Source of the DNA: Chitinophagaceae bacterium
GTDB lineage: Bacteria; Bacteroidota; Bacteroidia; Chitinophagales; Chitinophagaceae
DNA length: 32,000 nt
Direction of reading: 5' to 3'
Assembly (NCBI GenBank): GCA_023957755.1
Contig: JAMLGT010000016.1
Location: 1-32,000 of the forward strand
Within the stretch, counting starts at the first letter, position 1, and every line of letters starts with the position of its first letter. Below the pieces are notes generated by a model. That model was not told where the DNA came from. It searched no databases and worked only from the letters and a program-made list of their open reading frames with translations. The position numbers were made by a program, and so were the translations under genes. This document shows, one piece after another, positions 10,391 to 20,233 of this stretch.

Positions 10391-10831
10391 TTACTGACCC
10401 ACCATTGTAAGTTGTATATCATCTGAGCCTCCCCAGGGTGCAAATTTCAGGGTGGGTATGTTCTTGGATGTAAACCTCCATGATCTTGCCAGAAATCCAA
10501 ATTCACCGGGTGGCACCGCGAGCGAAATTACCAATTTTCCATAATCATTGTTGCTGCTCCACGACCCTTGATAACTTTCACTTCCTTTGGTTGCAATTAG
10601 CGCTCCGCTATAATAATCGTTTCCCTTCTTAAGTATAAAAGTGTAACCATTGTATTGGGCAGTTATATCATTGCCCCTGTCATTTGCATAAGTAATTACA
10701 TAGGGCCGGTTTAATACCGCACTCTCAAAATACTGCTCCAGAAATGTGGGCGTCTTATCCCCTGACTTCTTACAGGAGGCCAATACCAAAAACAGTAAAA
10801 TTGCCATAAAACATTTCCCTAACTTAGACAT
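10391..10831 (-). CDS. Hypothetical lipoprotein
   Basis: The ORF has a signal peptide and lipobox (MSKLGKCFMAILLFLVLASCKK). I recognise no family. The stop is 14 nt upstream of the NIF3 start on the same strand. The track start at 10840 is a GTG; an ATG lies at 10831. Confidence 0.6.
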   Translation of the reverse strand: MSKLGKCFMAILLFLVLASCKKSGDKTPTFLEQYFESAVLNRPYVITYANDRGNDITAQYNGYTFILKKGNDYYSGALIATKGSESYQGSWSSNNDYGKLVISLAVPPGEFGFLARSWRFTSKNIPTLKFAPWGGSDDIQLTMVGQ

Positions 10832-10885
10832 ACTATTCACTTTTGAGCATCTGTAACGACTGCTTATTCAAAACTACCTTATTTA

Positions 10886-13669
10886 ATGTTCAGACATGCC
10901 GTTTTATTGTTACTCGCGGGCTTTATTACACTGAATTTATCTGCACAATACTTCGGAGGCACTCCCTCATCTATTAGCTGGCGACAAATAAATACAAGCG
11001 ACTTCAGAATTATTTTCCCTGAGGGAACAGACTCCACAGCCAACCATATAGCTTCCGTCATTTATCGAACAAAACCAAAATCTGCCAACACTATTGGCCT
11101 CAGGACGCGTAAGGTGCCCATAATTCTAAGAACTACAGGACTGGAATCCAATGGCTATGTAGGACTGGCCCCTTTCAGAAGTGAGTTTTACCTAACCCCG
11201 CCTGCTACACCTGTCTCTTTGGGCAGTATGCCATGGACCGACCTGCTCGCTATCCATGAATATCGCCATGCCCTGCAATACAGCAATTTCAATGTGGGTG
11301 GAAGCCGGGTGCTGCGTACGCTCTTTGGCGACGAAGGCCAGATCCTTGCAAATGCTGCCTCGGTGCCTGACTGGTTTTTCGAGGGCGATGCAGTTTATAC
11401 CGAGACTCAGTTAGGTGAAAAGGGAAGAGGCCATATCCCCTCCTTCTACAACGGATTCAGGGCCTTATGGCAATCGGGCCGTAACTATAGCTTTATGAAA
11501 CTGCGTAATGGTTCTTATCGCGACTTTGTGCCTGACAAGTATATTCTGGGCTATATGTTTGTAGCTTATGGAAGAGAAAAGTACGGAGACGAATTCTGGA
11601 AGAATGTGACCCATGATGCAGCGTCCTTCAAACCACTTATCTTCCCATTTCAGGCGAATATCAGAAAATATTCAGGCGAGAAATTCAGGGATTTCACCGC
11701 GCACAGCATCCAGCAATTCAAAGACAAATTCAATGACCAGCCTGACGGGCAAATGCAATCCGGTTACTATACCAACGAACAATCACCAGCATTCGATTCT
11801 TCCGGCGCACTTGTTTATTTAAAAAGCAGCGTAAAAGATGTTCCCCAATTTATTATACACAAAGACGGCAAAGAAAAACGTATCCGCGTTGCAGATGTGA
11901 TGAGCGACAGTTATTTCACAATGCGTAATGGCAGGATATTTTACTCCTCTGTAAATCCGGATGTACGTTGGGGTTATCTCTCCTACAACGATATTCAGAT
12001 GCTGGATATAGCCTCAGGCAGGCAAACTGCGCTCACGCATAAAACACGTTACTTCTCTCCTGCTCCGGACGAGGACGGTGCCAGGATTGTAGCCGTGAAT
12101 GCACCCGTAAACCAACAACCATCGCTCCACCTTCTCGATGGCCATTCGGGTAAACTCATAAAGGAATTTAAGCATCCGGAAGTACTGCACTACTATCACC
12201 CATTCATTTACAGCAACCAGATTTTCTGTGCTGTTTCAGATAAAGCCGGCCTGATGTCGATCCTCTCTTTCGACATAACGACAGGAGACTCACGTTTTCT
12301 GTTTCCCTTCCAAAATAGCATCATAAGTTACCCCACCATCAGAAAAGACACACTCTACTTTTCCTCAACTCAGCTTCTCAATGATGTACTCTTTGCTTTT
12401 TCAATGTCAGACGCAAAACTCTTTGAAGTGAATGCTCCCACACCGGTTCTCAGTAAATACAGACCTGCCTTCTCGACAGATAGTATAGCATGGGTAACAC
12501 AAACTGCACAGGGACTACACATACAAAAAACGCCGATTGCTCAATTGACCTACACGCCTGTGCCAATCAAAATCGAACCCTCAGCGACAAACAATCAGAG
12601 CAATGAGCTGCAATCACCAGCTACATTTAAGGATACCATCTTCCAAACAACTAAATACAGAAAGCTCAGCCACCCGTTTAACTTTCACAGTCTGGAACCG
12701 GGTATAGCCGATCCCGAATACAGTCTGCAACTAATTGGCGAAAATATTCTGGGTACGCTTCAGTCGCAATTAGGAATTACCTATAATAATGCTGACAGAT
12801 CTAAATCGGGCTCAATCAGCTTGAATTACGGAGGTCTTTTTCCACTATTTTCTGCTTCTTACGGCTATTCCATTGACCGTTATTTCATCAAAGACACTAA
12901 ACAGATTTTCTTTAATGAATCCGGACCCGAGGTGGGCATCACACTGCCATTGAACTTTAGCAAAGGAAGATCGTTTACAGGGTTGACAGTAGGCACCTAC
13001 ATCAGCCACAAAACACTTGCTGCCCAAAAAGCGTTCAAATCAGAATTCGGCGGACTTACCTACAGTTATTTGTCACATTCAATTTCTCTGTACAACCAAT
13101 CCAGACAGGCATTGGCCCAGGTATTACCCCGTTGGGGACAGTCAGTCACCCTGCGCTACAATCACGGCATTACGGGCGTGTCCGGTCAGCAACTCGTTAC
13201 TGTAGCAAGGTTGCTATTCCCCGGGCTTATCCGCACCCATAGCTTCAACCTCAGAGCCGCATTCTCAACCAAAGACACATTGAGAGAAATCAGCTATGCC
13301 AATAGTTTCCCATTTGCCAGAGGATTCAATGCGGTAAACCTGCACAGGATGTACGGACTTCAATTCAACTATCAACTGCCAATATTTTACCCTGAAACCG
13401 GTATTCCCAATATTGTGTATTGGTTGCGGCTTCGTGCCAACGCCTTTGTTGACCTGACTCGTGTGAACTACTTTGACAATAACAGCCACATGATTCACCG
13501 CAATTTCCGATCGGCAGGAATCGAACTCAATTTCGATACGCGCTGGTGGAACCAGGCTTTTATTTCTTTTGGTCTCCGCTATACCAGGCTAATGGATCCC
13601 GATATCTTTGAAAGTTCTCGGAAAGACAGGTTTGAGGTAATCCTGCCGGTTAATATCTTCAACAGATAA
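10886..13669 (+). CDS. Secreted or outer-membrane protein: peptidase-MA-like HExxH domain + beta-propeller-like middle + Omp85-like C-terminal barrel
   Basis: 927-aa ORF with a signal peptide (MFRHAVLLLLAGFITLNLSAQ). HEYRH lies at nt 11255-11269 and is followed by PDWFFEGDAVYTE, the HExxH...W-x2-EG-x-A-x-Y-x-E layout of MA-clan peptidase-like domains. The middle is repetitive and beta-rich. The C-terminal roughly 330 aa have alternating amphipathic strands and an ARGF motif (nt 13315-13326) resembling the loop-6 (V/I)RG(F/Y) motif of Omp85-family barrels. Confidence 0.7.
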   Translation: MFRHAVLLLLAGFITLNLSAQYFGGTPSSISWRQINTSDFRIIFPEGTDSTANHIASVIYRTKPKSANTIGLRTRKVPIILRTTGLESNGYVGLAPFRSEFYLTPPATPVSLGSMPWTDLLAIHEYRHALQYSNFNVGGSRVLRTLFGDEGQILANAASVPDWFFEGDAVYTETQLGEKGRGHIPSFYNGFRALWQSGRNYSFMKLRNGSYRDFVPDKYILGYMFVAYGREKYGDEFWKNVTHDAASFKPLIFPFQANIRKYSGEKFRDFTAHSIQQFKDKFNDQPDGQMQSGYYTNEQSPAFDSSGALVYLKSSVKDVPQFIIHKDGKEKRIRVADVMSDSYFTMRNGRIFYSSVNPDVRWGYLSYNDIQMLDIASGRQTALTHKTRYFSPAPDEDGARIVAVNAPVNQQPSLHLLDGHSGKLIKEFKHPEVLHYYHPFIYSNQIFCAVSDKAGLMSILSFDITTGDSRFLFPFQNSIISYPTIRKDTLYFSSTQLLNDVLFAFSMSDAKLFEVNAPTPVLSKYRPAFSTDSIAWVTQTAQGLHIQKTPIAQLTYTPVPIKIEPSATNNQSNELQSPATFKDTIFQTTKYRKLSHPFNFHSLEPGIADPEYSLQLIGENILGTLQSQLGITYNNADRSKSGSISLNYGGLFPLFSASYGYSIDRYFIKDTKQIFFNESGPEVGITLPLNFSKGRSFTGLTVGTYISHKTLAAQKAFKSEFGGLTYSYLSHSISLYNQSRQALAQVLPRWGQSVTLRYNHGITGVSGQQLVTVARLLFPGLIRTHSFNLRAAFSTKDTLREISYANSFPFARGFNAVNLHRMYGLQFNYQLPIFYPETGIPNIVYWLRLRANAFVDLTRVNYFDNNSHMIHRNFRSAGIELNFDTRWWNQAFISFGLRYTRLMDPDIFESSRKDRFEVILPVNIFNR

Positions 13670-13754
13670 TCCTCACTCTAAAATCCTAAACCCTTCTTTG
13701 GGAGATTGAAAATTCAGCTGAATACGTTAAATTTGAACTGAAAAAGCAATCTAT

Positions 13755-13928
13755 ATGTACCCCGATCCTGAAAAAAAGAAACCTGCTCCCAAAAAGGAGT
13801 CTGGCACTCGAAATCTCTTTTATATCATTCTCGCTTCGGTTGCAGTGGGAGCGCTTTTATACTTCACCGTAAAGGAAGGAGAGCGAATTAAAAAGGAAAA
13901 TGAACTCCTGGATTATGAAGTCTGGTAG
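13755..13928 (+). CDS. Possible small membrane protein (57 aa)
   Basis: Below the track's length cut-off. My translation is MYPDPEKKKPAPKKESGTRNLFYIILASVAVGALLYFTVKEGERIKKENELLDYEVW: a basic N-terminus, one hydrophobic helix and a charged tail. I recognise no homology. Confidence 0.3.
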   Translation: MYPDPEKKKPAPKKESGTRNLFYIILASVAVGALLYFTVKEGERIKKENELLDYEVW

Positions 13929-14036
13929 GCAGAATCATGCAATTTTTAAAAAAATCTTACGTTTTTTATATTGATTAATCCGAAAAATAATGCGTAATTT
14001 GAGTTTCGTATTATATGTTGGTATAATTTTGACTCG

Positions 14037-14369
14037 TTGAAAAGAATATTTTACATAATTCTTCTTACCGGATTGTCTTTTTCGGCATATAGCCAGATAA
14101 GGCCGGGAAATTCATCGGAGACGATGAAAGTCGCAAAGTTATACCCCAATCCTGCTGTGAATTTTGTAAATTTTGAGTTTGACCATACTGACAAGTCCGG
14201 CACCATTGTTATTTTCAATTTTATCGGAAAGAAGGTGGACGAAATAAAAGTTACAGACTCAAGAATGACCCTTTCTTTAAACGACTATTACAGAGGTATT
14301 TACATTTTCCAACTTCGCAATGCACAAGGAGCCATCCTTGAATCAGGAAAGTTTCAGGTAGCCAGGTAG
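14037..14369 (+). CDS. T9SS type A sorting (C-terminal) domain protein with almost no cargo
   Basis: 110 aa with a TTG start. The signal peptide MKRIFYIILLTGLSFSAYSQ is followed almost directly by a Por/T9SS CTD pattern (KLYPNPAVNFVNFEF...GTIVIFNFIGKKV...GIYIFQLRNAQGAILESGKFQV). Confidence 0.7.
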   Translation: MKRIFYIILLTGLSFSAYSQIRPGNSSETMKVAKLYPNPAVNFVNFEFDHTDKSGTIVIFNFIGKKVDEIKVTDSRMTLSLNDYYRGIYIFQLRNAQGAILESGKFQVAR

Positions 14370-14497
14370 TCATCCGGCGTTTTGCTATCCTGCCACCTCC
14401 ATCAGATTCCACTACAATTCATTAAAATCTCCCTAAAAAGACACGTGTAAATGTCATTTTGTCTCTCAATCGGGCATTGGCAAACGATTTGACATCG

Positions 14498-14505
14498 TAC
14501 CTTTG
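14498..14505 (+). promoter_or_regulatory. Candidate Bacteroidota -7 promoter box (TAccTTTG) upstream of grpE
   Basis: Matches the TAnnTTTG consensus and ends 28 nt upstream of the grpE ATG. I see no well-spaced -33 TTTG, so support is weak. Confidence 0.25.
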
Positions 14506-14532
14506 CACGCGATTTAAAAAACATGAACCAGA

Positions 14533-15096
14533 ATGAGTAAGAAAGAAAACAGGCACCAGGAAGAAGTTTTTCATGAAGAACAAGAAACTGTAGCTCAGAA
14601 TCAACAGGCTACACAGGAAAATAGTGACACTGAAAAAGATTTGACTGAAGCGTACGAAGCACTTCAAAAAGAATTGGAAACTCAAAAGGATAAGTACATC
14701 AGGTTATTTGCAGAATTCGATAATTATAAGAAAAGAACTGCCAAAGAAGTACTCGAAATTCGACAAATAGCCTCTAAAGATGTAATTACTTCATTATTGG
14801 AAGTATTGGATGATATTGACAGAGCCGAGGGGCAAAAGGCAGAATCCAAAGAAGGCAGTCATATTCCTGAAGGGATTCAATTAATTTTTAATAAGTTCAG
14901 GCGGATACTGGAACAAAGGGGGCTTAAGGCAATTGACAGTCTCCATACAGAATTTGACGTGGAGAAAGACGAGGCGCTGGCACATGTGCCTGTCGAGGAT
15001 GCGCAACTCAAAGGAAAAGTTATTGAGGAAATCGAAAAAGGATATATGCTCAATGACAAATTGATTCGATTTGCAAAAGTGGTAGTAGGTAAATAG
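14533..15096 (+). CDS. grpE: Nucleotide exchange factor GrpE
   Basis: 187 aa. An acidic N-terminus is followed by the GrpE core (KDKYIRLFAEFDNYKKRTAKE...LLEVLDDIDRA...GYMLNDKLIRFAKVVVGK). It lies directly upstream of dnaJ. Confidence 0.92.
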   Translation: MSKKENRHQEEVFHEEQETVAQNQQATQENSDTEKDLTEAYEALQKELETQKDKYIRLFAEFDNYKKRTAKEVLEIRQIASKDVITSLLEVLDDIDRAEGQKAESKEGSHIPEGIQLIFNKFRRILEQRGLKAIDSLHTEFDVEKDEALAHVPVEDAQLKGKVIEEIEKGYMLNDKLIRFAKVVVGK

Positions 15097-15138
15097 CATT
15101 CCTGCCAGGCGGGTTTATAATTTAGATTTAGAAAAATA

Positions 15139-16299
15139 ATGGCTTCAAAAAGAGATTATTACGAGGTACTGGAGGTGCAGCGAAATGCCCAGGCTGAGGA
15201 GATAAAAAAGGCCTATCGAAAGATAGCGATGAAATATCATCCTGATAGAAATCCGGGTGATAAACAGGCAGAAGAAAAATTTAAGGAAGCAGCAGAGGCA
15301 TACGAAGTACTTAGCAATCCGGAAAAGAGGGCTAAGTATGACCGTTTTGGTCATAATGCCTTTGGGCCGGGACGAGGTGGAGGAGATTTTGGTGGTGGGA
15401 TGAACATGGACGATATCTTCAGCCAGTTTGGCGACATTTTCGGAGACAGTGTATTCGGCAATTTCTTTGGTGGCGGTGGAAGATCAGGCGGCAGAAGATC
15501 CAGAGGTGTAAGAGGGAGCAACCTTAGAGTACGTATCAAACTAAACTATGAGGAAATCGCTAAAGGAGCTACCAAAACTATTAAGGTAAAAAAATATGTA
15601 ACGTGTAGCCAGTGCCACGGCAACGGAGCCAAAGACAGTAATAGCATGCAGACCTGCCATACCTGTGGTGGAAGTGGCCAGGTACGAAGAGTACAACACA
15701 CTTTTCTCGGACAGATGCAAACAGTCACTACCTGTCCGGAATGTAACGGGGAAGGCACTACCATTACTAATAAATGTCCTCAATGTAAGGGTGAAGGCCG
15801 TGTGTATGGTGAAGAAAATATTACTATAGATATCCCGGCAGGAGTGAGCGAGGGTATGCAGCTCAGCATGAGTGGCAAGGGCAATATGGGTGAGCGAGGC
15901 GGCGCTCCGGGAGATTTGATCATCTTAATCGAGGAAGAAAAACATCCCCAACTACAAAGAGAGGGCAATAATGTGGCCTTCGATCTTTATATCAGCTTCA
16001 CCGATGCGGTATTTGGCACACAGACAGAAGTGCCTACCATTGATGGCAGAGCTAAGATAAAAATTCCTGCAGGCACACAGAGCGGCAAAATCTTCCGACT
16101 GAAAGGGAAAGGATTCCCTTCACTCGACTCACACGCCAAAGGCGACCAACTGATACAGGTAAACGTGTGGACACCACAAAAAATAAGCGACGAAGAGAAA
16201 ACAGCTCTGGAATCGCTTAGTCACAGTGACAATTTTAAACCCCATCCCGATAAGAATGAAAAGGGGTTCTGGGAGAAGATCAGGGAGACTTTTAGTTAA
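15139..16299 (+). CDS. dnaJ: Molecular chaperone DnaJ
   Basis: J-domain (DYYEVLEV...[17 protein letters not shown]), a Gly/Phe-rich linker, four CxxCxGxG zinc-finger repeats ([32 protein letters not shown]) and C-terminal substrate-binding domains. Confidence 0.95.
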   Translation: MASKRDYYEVLEVQRNAQAEEIKKAYRKIAMKYHPDRNPGDKQAEEKFKEAAEAYEVLSNPEKRAKYDRFGHNAFGPGRGGGDFGGGMNMDDIFSQFGDIFGDSVFGNFFGGGGRSGGRRSRGVRGSNLRVRIKLNYEEIAKGATKTIKVKKYVTCSQCHGNGAKDSNSMQTCHTCGGSGQVRRVQHTFLGQMQTVTTCPECNGEGTTITNKCPQCKGEGRVYGEENITIDIPAGVSEGMQLSMSGKGNMGERGGAPGDLIILIEEEKHPQLQREGNNVAFDLYISFTDAVFGTQTEVPTIDGRAKIKIPAGTQSGKIFRLKGKGFPSLDSHAKGDQLIQVNVWTPQKISDEEKTALESLSHSDNFKPHPDKNEKGFWEKIRETFS

Positions 16300-16511
16300 A
16301 TTCAAAAAGCGGTTGGATAAGAAACCCTCCGCGCGACAGACGCTCCAGGATAAATACGATCCGCTTTTCAGTCAGATCTGCATAAGATTTTGCAAGCAGG
16401 GCTACATGCTTGACGATGCACCTTCAAGCGTGAGAACGCTACAACTCTGTGTGGCAGTGCCCAGTACAAAATCTTTGTGCAACATGCGTTAGTGATCTGT
16501 TACCCTTCATT

Positions 16512-16689
16512 CCGTTGGCTGAAGCCAACGATAATAATAGCCGGCTAAAGCACTTTAAACACAAAACTACTTCAGACAAAAAGAGAAGTTGTGGTGGGGA
16601 GGGGTAATGCGCAATTTGAAAATTCTGACTTAGAAAAAGGCAAACCACAACAAACCTCATAGCACCTTTTACCGTGGGCTTTAGCCAAC
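16512..16689. repeat. Two related REP-like hairpin motifs flanking a ~140-nt non-coding segment
   Basis: ccgtTggctGAagccaacg (16512-16530, a 7-bp stem with a tgaa loop) and ccgtGggctTTagccaac (16672-16689) share the pattern CCGTnGGCTnnAGCCAAC. A related ggctaaagc occurs at 16543-16551. An 8-bp inverted repeat (gttgtggt/accacaac) lies between them. Confidence 0.35.
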
Positions 16690-16841
16690 TAAAAAGAAGA
16701 CTGCCTACTCAGGCTTTATCCACATTTTGAATAATAGAACCGGACAGTGATAATTTTTTATTATATCCGCCACAGGCAAAATTAGAGGCCATATTGACCA
16801 ATTAGATCTACCTTCTTAACGCACCATATCGGACTAAATAG

Positions 16842-16876
16842 AAAAAAATATCGCCTGAAAAATCCATTCCAGGCGA
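16842..16876 (-). terminator. Rho-independent terminator of the beta-eliminating lyase gene
   Basis: 7-bp stem (tcgcctg 16851-16857 / caggcga 16870-16876) with a 12-nt loop, followed on the minus strand by tattttttt (plus-strand A-run 16842-16848). It lies 40 nt downstream of the stop at 16916. Confidence 0.6.
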
Positions 16877-16915
16877 CACTGTCATTACATTTTGTGTATT
16901 AAAACTCCGTTAGAA

Positions 16916-18346
<1,431 letters not shown>

Positions 18347-18632
18347 CTATACCAATTATACATGAGCGGCGTCAGAATGCCGTCATATTTGATGAAAAAT
18401 GCCCGGAGGGTAATGAATTGAAGTTCCTTTCTTAAAAAACTGAATCCTCATGTAACCTTTTGCAATCTCATTTACTCAAATAGATTGAAAGCCTGCCAGG
18501 GATTTTCATGGTACCTGTATATTTCGGGGTTAATAATCCCATCAGGGACAATTCCGAAAATTACTATGAGAAAACAGCAACCTACCTCATGAAAACAGGC
18601 AATAAAGTAATGGAATTAAAAACAGAAAAATC

Positions 18633-19283
18633 ATGCACGAACCAGGAAAAACAACATCTCAGACATATTAAACGATGTGCTACCTTATCCGAAAATAAAC
18701 AGGATAAGTGAAGACGAAAAAATCGAAAAAATAGAGTACCATTTTACTGAAATAATGAAAGTACTGGGTACTAGACCTGACGGATGATAGCCTTAAGGAT
18801 ACACCAAACAGGGTTGCGAAGATGTACATTAATGAAATATTCAGTGGCCTGAATCCAAAAAATAAACCCGACATTACTCTTTTTGAGAATAAATACCACT
18901 TCAGCGAAATGCTGGTGGTAAAGGACATAGCTCTCTACTCCAATTGTGAACATCATTTCGTACCCATCATAGGGAAAGTACACGTAGGCTATTTTCCGGA
19001 AAAGCATGTAATCGGGCTTTCAAAGATCAATCGACTCGTACAATACTACGCCAGTCGCCCTCAGGTGCAGGAGCGCCTTACTGTCCAGATAGGGGAAGCG
19101 CTACAAAATATTTTTCTTCATAATGATGTGGCTGTAGTCATAGAAGCCGACCATTTATGTGTAGCATCAAGAGGTGTAAAAGACATCAGCAGCCAGACCG
19201 TAACTTCTTATTTCTCCGGAAAATTTGAAGATAAGAGTGTGCGGAATGAATTTTTGTCTTATATCCGAAATAATAAACAGTAA
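18633..19283 (+). pseudogene. folE: GTP cyclohydrolase I (FolE), interrupted by at least one frameshift (or an assembly error)
   Basis: Track ORF 18822..19283 is the FolE core (NCEHHFVPIIGKVHVGY, IGLSKINRLVQYYASRPQVQERLT, ADHLCVASRGV). Homology continues upstream in the same frame (LDLTDDSLKDTPNRVAK, 18771-18821) until a TGA at 18756-18758. The expected N-terminal segment (ISDILNDVLPYPKINRISEDEKIEKIEYHFTEIMKVLG) is in another frame (18656-18769) that stops at 18785-18787. There is one extra base near 18770. Confidence 0.6.
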
Positions 19284-19330
19284 CCCGGCTCATTCATTTC
19301 CTGTTATAACTTGCCATATTACAAGCACAT

Positions 19331-19361
19331 AAGCTTCCTTACATTTGTTGGGAAGCTTTTT
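19331..19361 (+). terminator. Rho-independent terminator after folE
   Basis: 8-bp stem (aagcttcc 19331-19338 / ggaagctt 19351-19358) with a 12-nt loop, followed by a T-run to 19361. Confidence 0.55.
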
Positions 19362-19374
19362 AAATTATATCTGA

Positions 19375-19848
19375 ATGGAGAGATTACATACTTATAAAAC
19401 ACTCGTAGAATGGACAGGCAACAAAGGAAACGGAACCGCAGGCTATACTTCATATGAACGGAGTCATGTCGTAAAAGTTGAAGGTAAACAGGAGTTGATT
19501 TGTTCCTCAGATCCTGCATTCAGAGGAGATGACACCTTGTATAATCCGGAAGAGCTGTTCATAAGCAGCATTGCTTCGTGCCACATGCTTTGGTATCTCC
19601 ACCTCTGTGCTACCGCAGGAGTCATTGTCATCTCCTATTCAGATCACGCCACAGGGAACATGATGGAAGAAAGCGATGGCAGTGGCCGGTTTACCTCAGT
19701 CATACTTTCGCCCAGTGTAACTGTACAAAGCAAGGAGATGATAGCACCTGCACTAAGGTTACATGAAACAGCCCACAAACACTGCTTCATTGCCAATTCA
19801 TGTAACTTCTCTATTCATCACCAGCCGGAATGTGTAGCGGCAGATTAA
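19375..19848 (+). CDS. OsmC/Ohr-family peroxiredoxin-like protein
   Basis: 157 aa. It starts TLVEWTGNKGNGTAGYTSY and has two conserved Cys contexts (NPEELFISSIASCHMLWYL and ETAHKHCFIANS). Confidence 0.85.
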   Translation: MERLHTYKTLVEWTGNKGNGTAGYTSYERSHVVKVEGKQELICSSDPAFRGDDTLYNPEELFISSIASCHMLWYLHLCATAGVIVISYSDHATGNMMEESDGSGRFTSVILSPSVTVQSKEMIAPALRLHETAHKHCFIANSCNFSIHHQPECVAAD

Positions 19849-19900
19849 ACCTGAACTAAGAAATCTTGCCATACCTAAGATTCTTATGTATATTTGAGTT

Positions 19901-20233
19901 ATGAACAATCCTTCGCTATACAAAGGAATTCTGAGACCGATCGTTATCCGGTTACTGGAGGAGAATAAAAAGATGTATGGGTTTGAAATAACCCGGGAAG
20001 TAAAATCATTGACAGCAGGGCGTGTAAAGATTACGGAAGGAGCTCTGTATCCATTACTTCACAGCCTGGAAGCAGAAGGAGTGTTGGAATCAGAACAACA
20101 GTTTGTCGACAACAGAATGAGAAAATATTACAAGCTCACTCCCAGAGGAAAGAAAGTATCCGAACATTCTTTTGGAGAGATTACAGAGTTTATTACTCAC
20201 CTGCAAAATATTTTCAACCTAAAACCTGCGTGA
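19901..20233 (+). CDS. PadR-family transcriptional regulator
   Basis: 110-aa winged-helix pattern: KMYGFEITREVKSLTAGRVKITEGALYPLLHSLEAEGVLESE...RKYYKLTPRGKK. Confidence 0.85.
   Translation: MNNPSLYKGILRPIVIRLLEENKKMYGFEITREVKSLTAGRVKITEGALYPLLHSLEAEGVLESEQQFVDNRMRKYYKLTPRGKKVSEHSFGEITEFITHLQNIFNLKPA

Noticed and set aside
14370-14532. I looked for a CIRCE/HrcA operator (TTAGCACTC-N9-GAGTGCTAA) or another heat-shock control element upstream of grpE-dnaJ.
   Set aside because: No CIRCE-like inverted repeat is present. Only a weak TAnnTTTG box is present, reported at low confidence.
14533-16299. grpE-dnaJ without an adjacent dnaK.
   Set aside because: This arrangement is common in Bacteroidota, where dnaK is usually encoded elsewhere, so it is not anomalous.
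16300-16425. Minus-strand reading across the dnaJ 3' flank gives a protein-like tail (..[40 protein letters not shown]) ending opposite the dnaJ stop.
   Set aside because: There are only about 41 codons between stops and no start codon. It could be a gene remnant, but that cannot be supported from sequence alone.
18508-18711. Track ORF of 67 aa upstream of folE (MVPVYFGVNNPIRDN...).
   Set aside because: It overlaps the out-of-frame 5' part of folE, whose alternative frame carries the recognisable FolE N-terminal sequence. It is probably a by-product of the frameshifted region.
18756-18790. Possibility that the folE frame change is a programmed +1 ribosomal frameshift.
   Set aside because: There is no slippery or stop-codon-stimulated motif at the junction (ctg ggt a cta gac). 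The zero-frame stop lies 15 nt past the junction and not at it. A mutation or assembly error is more parsimonious.
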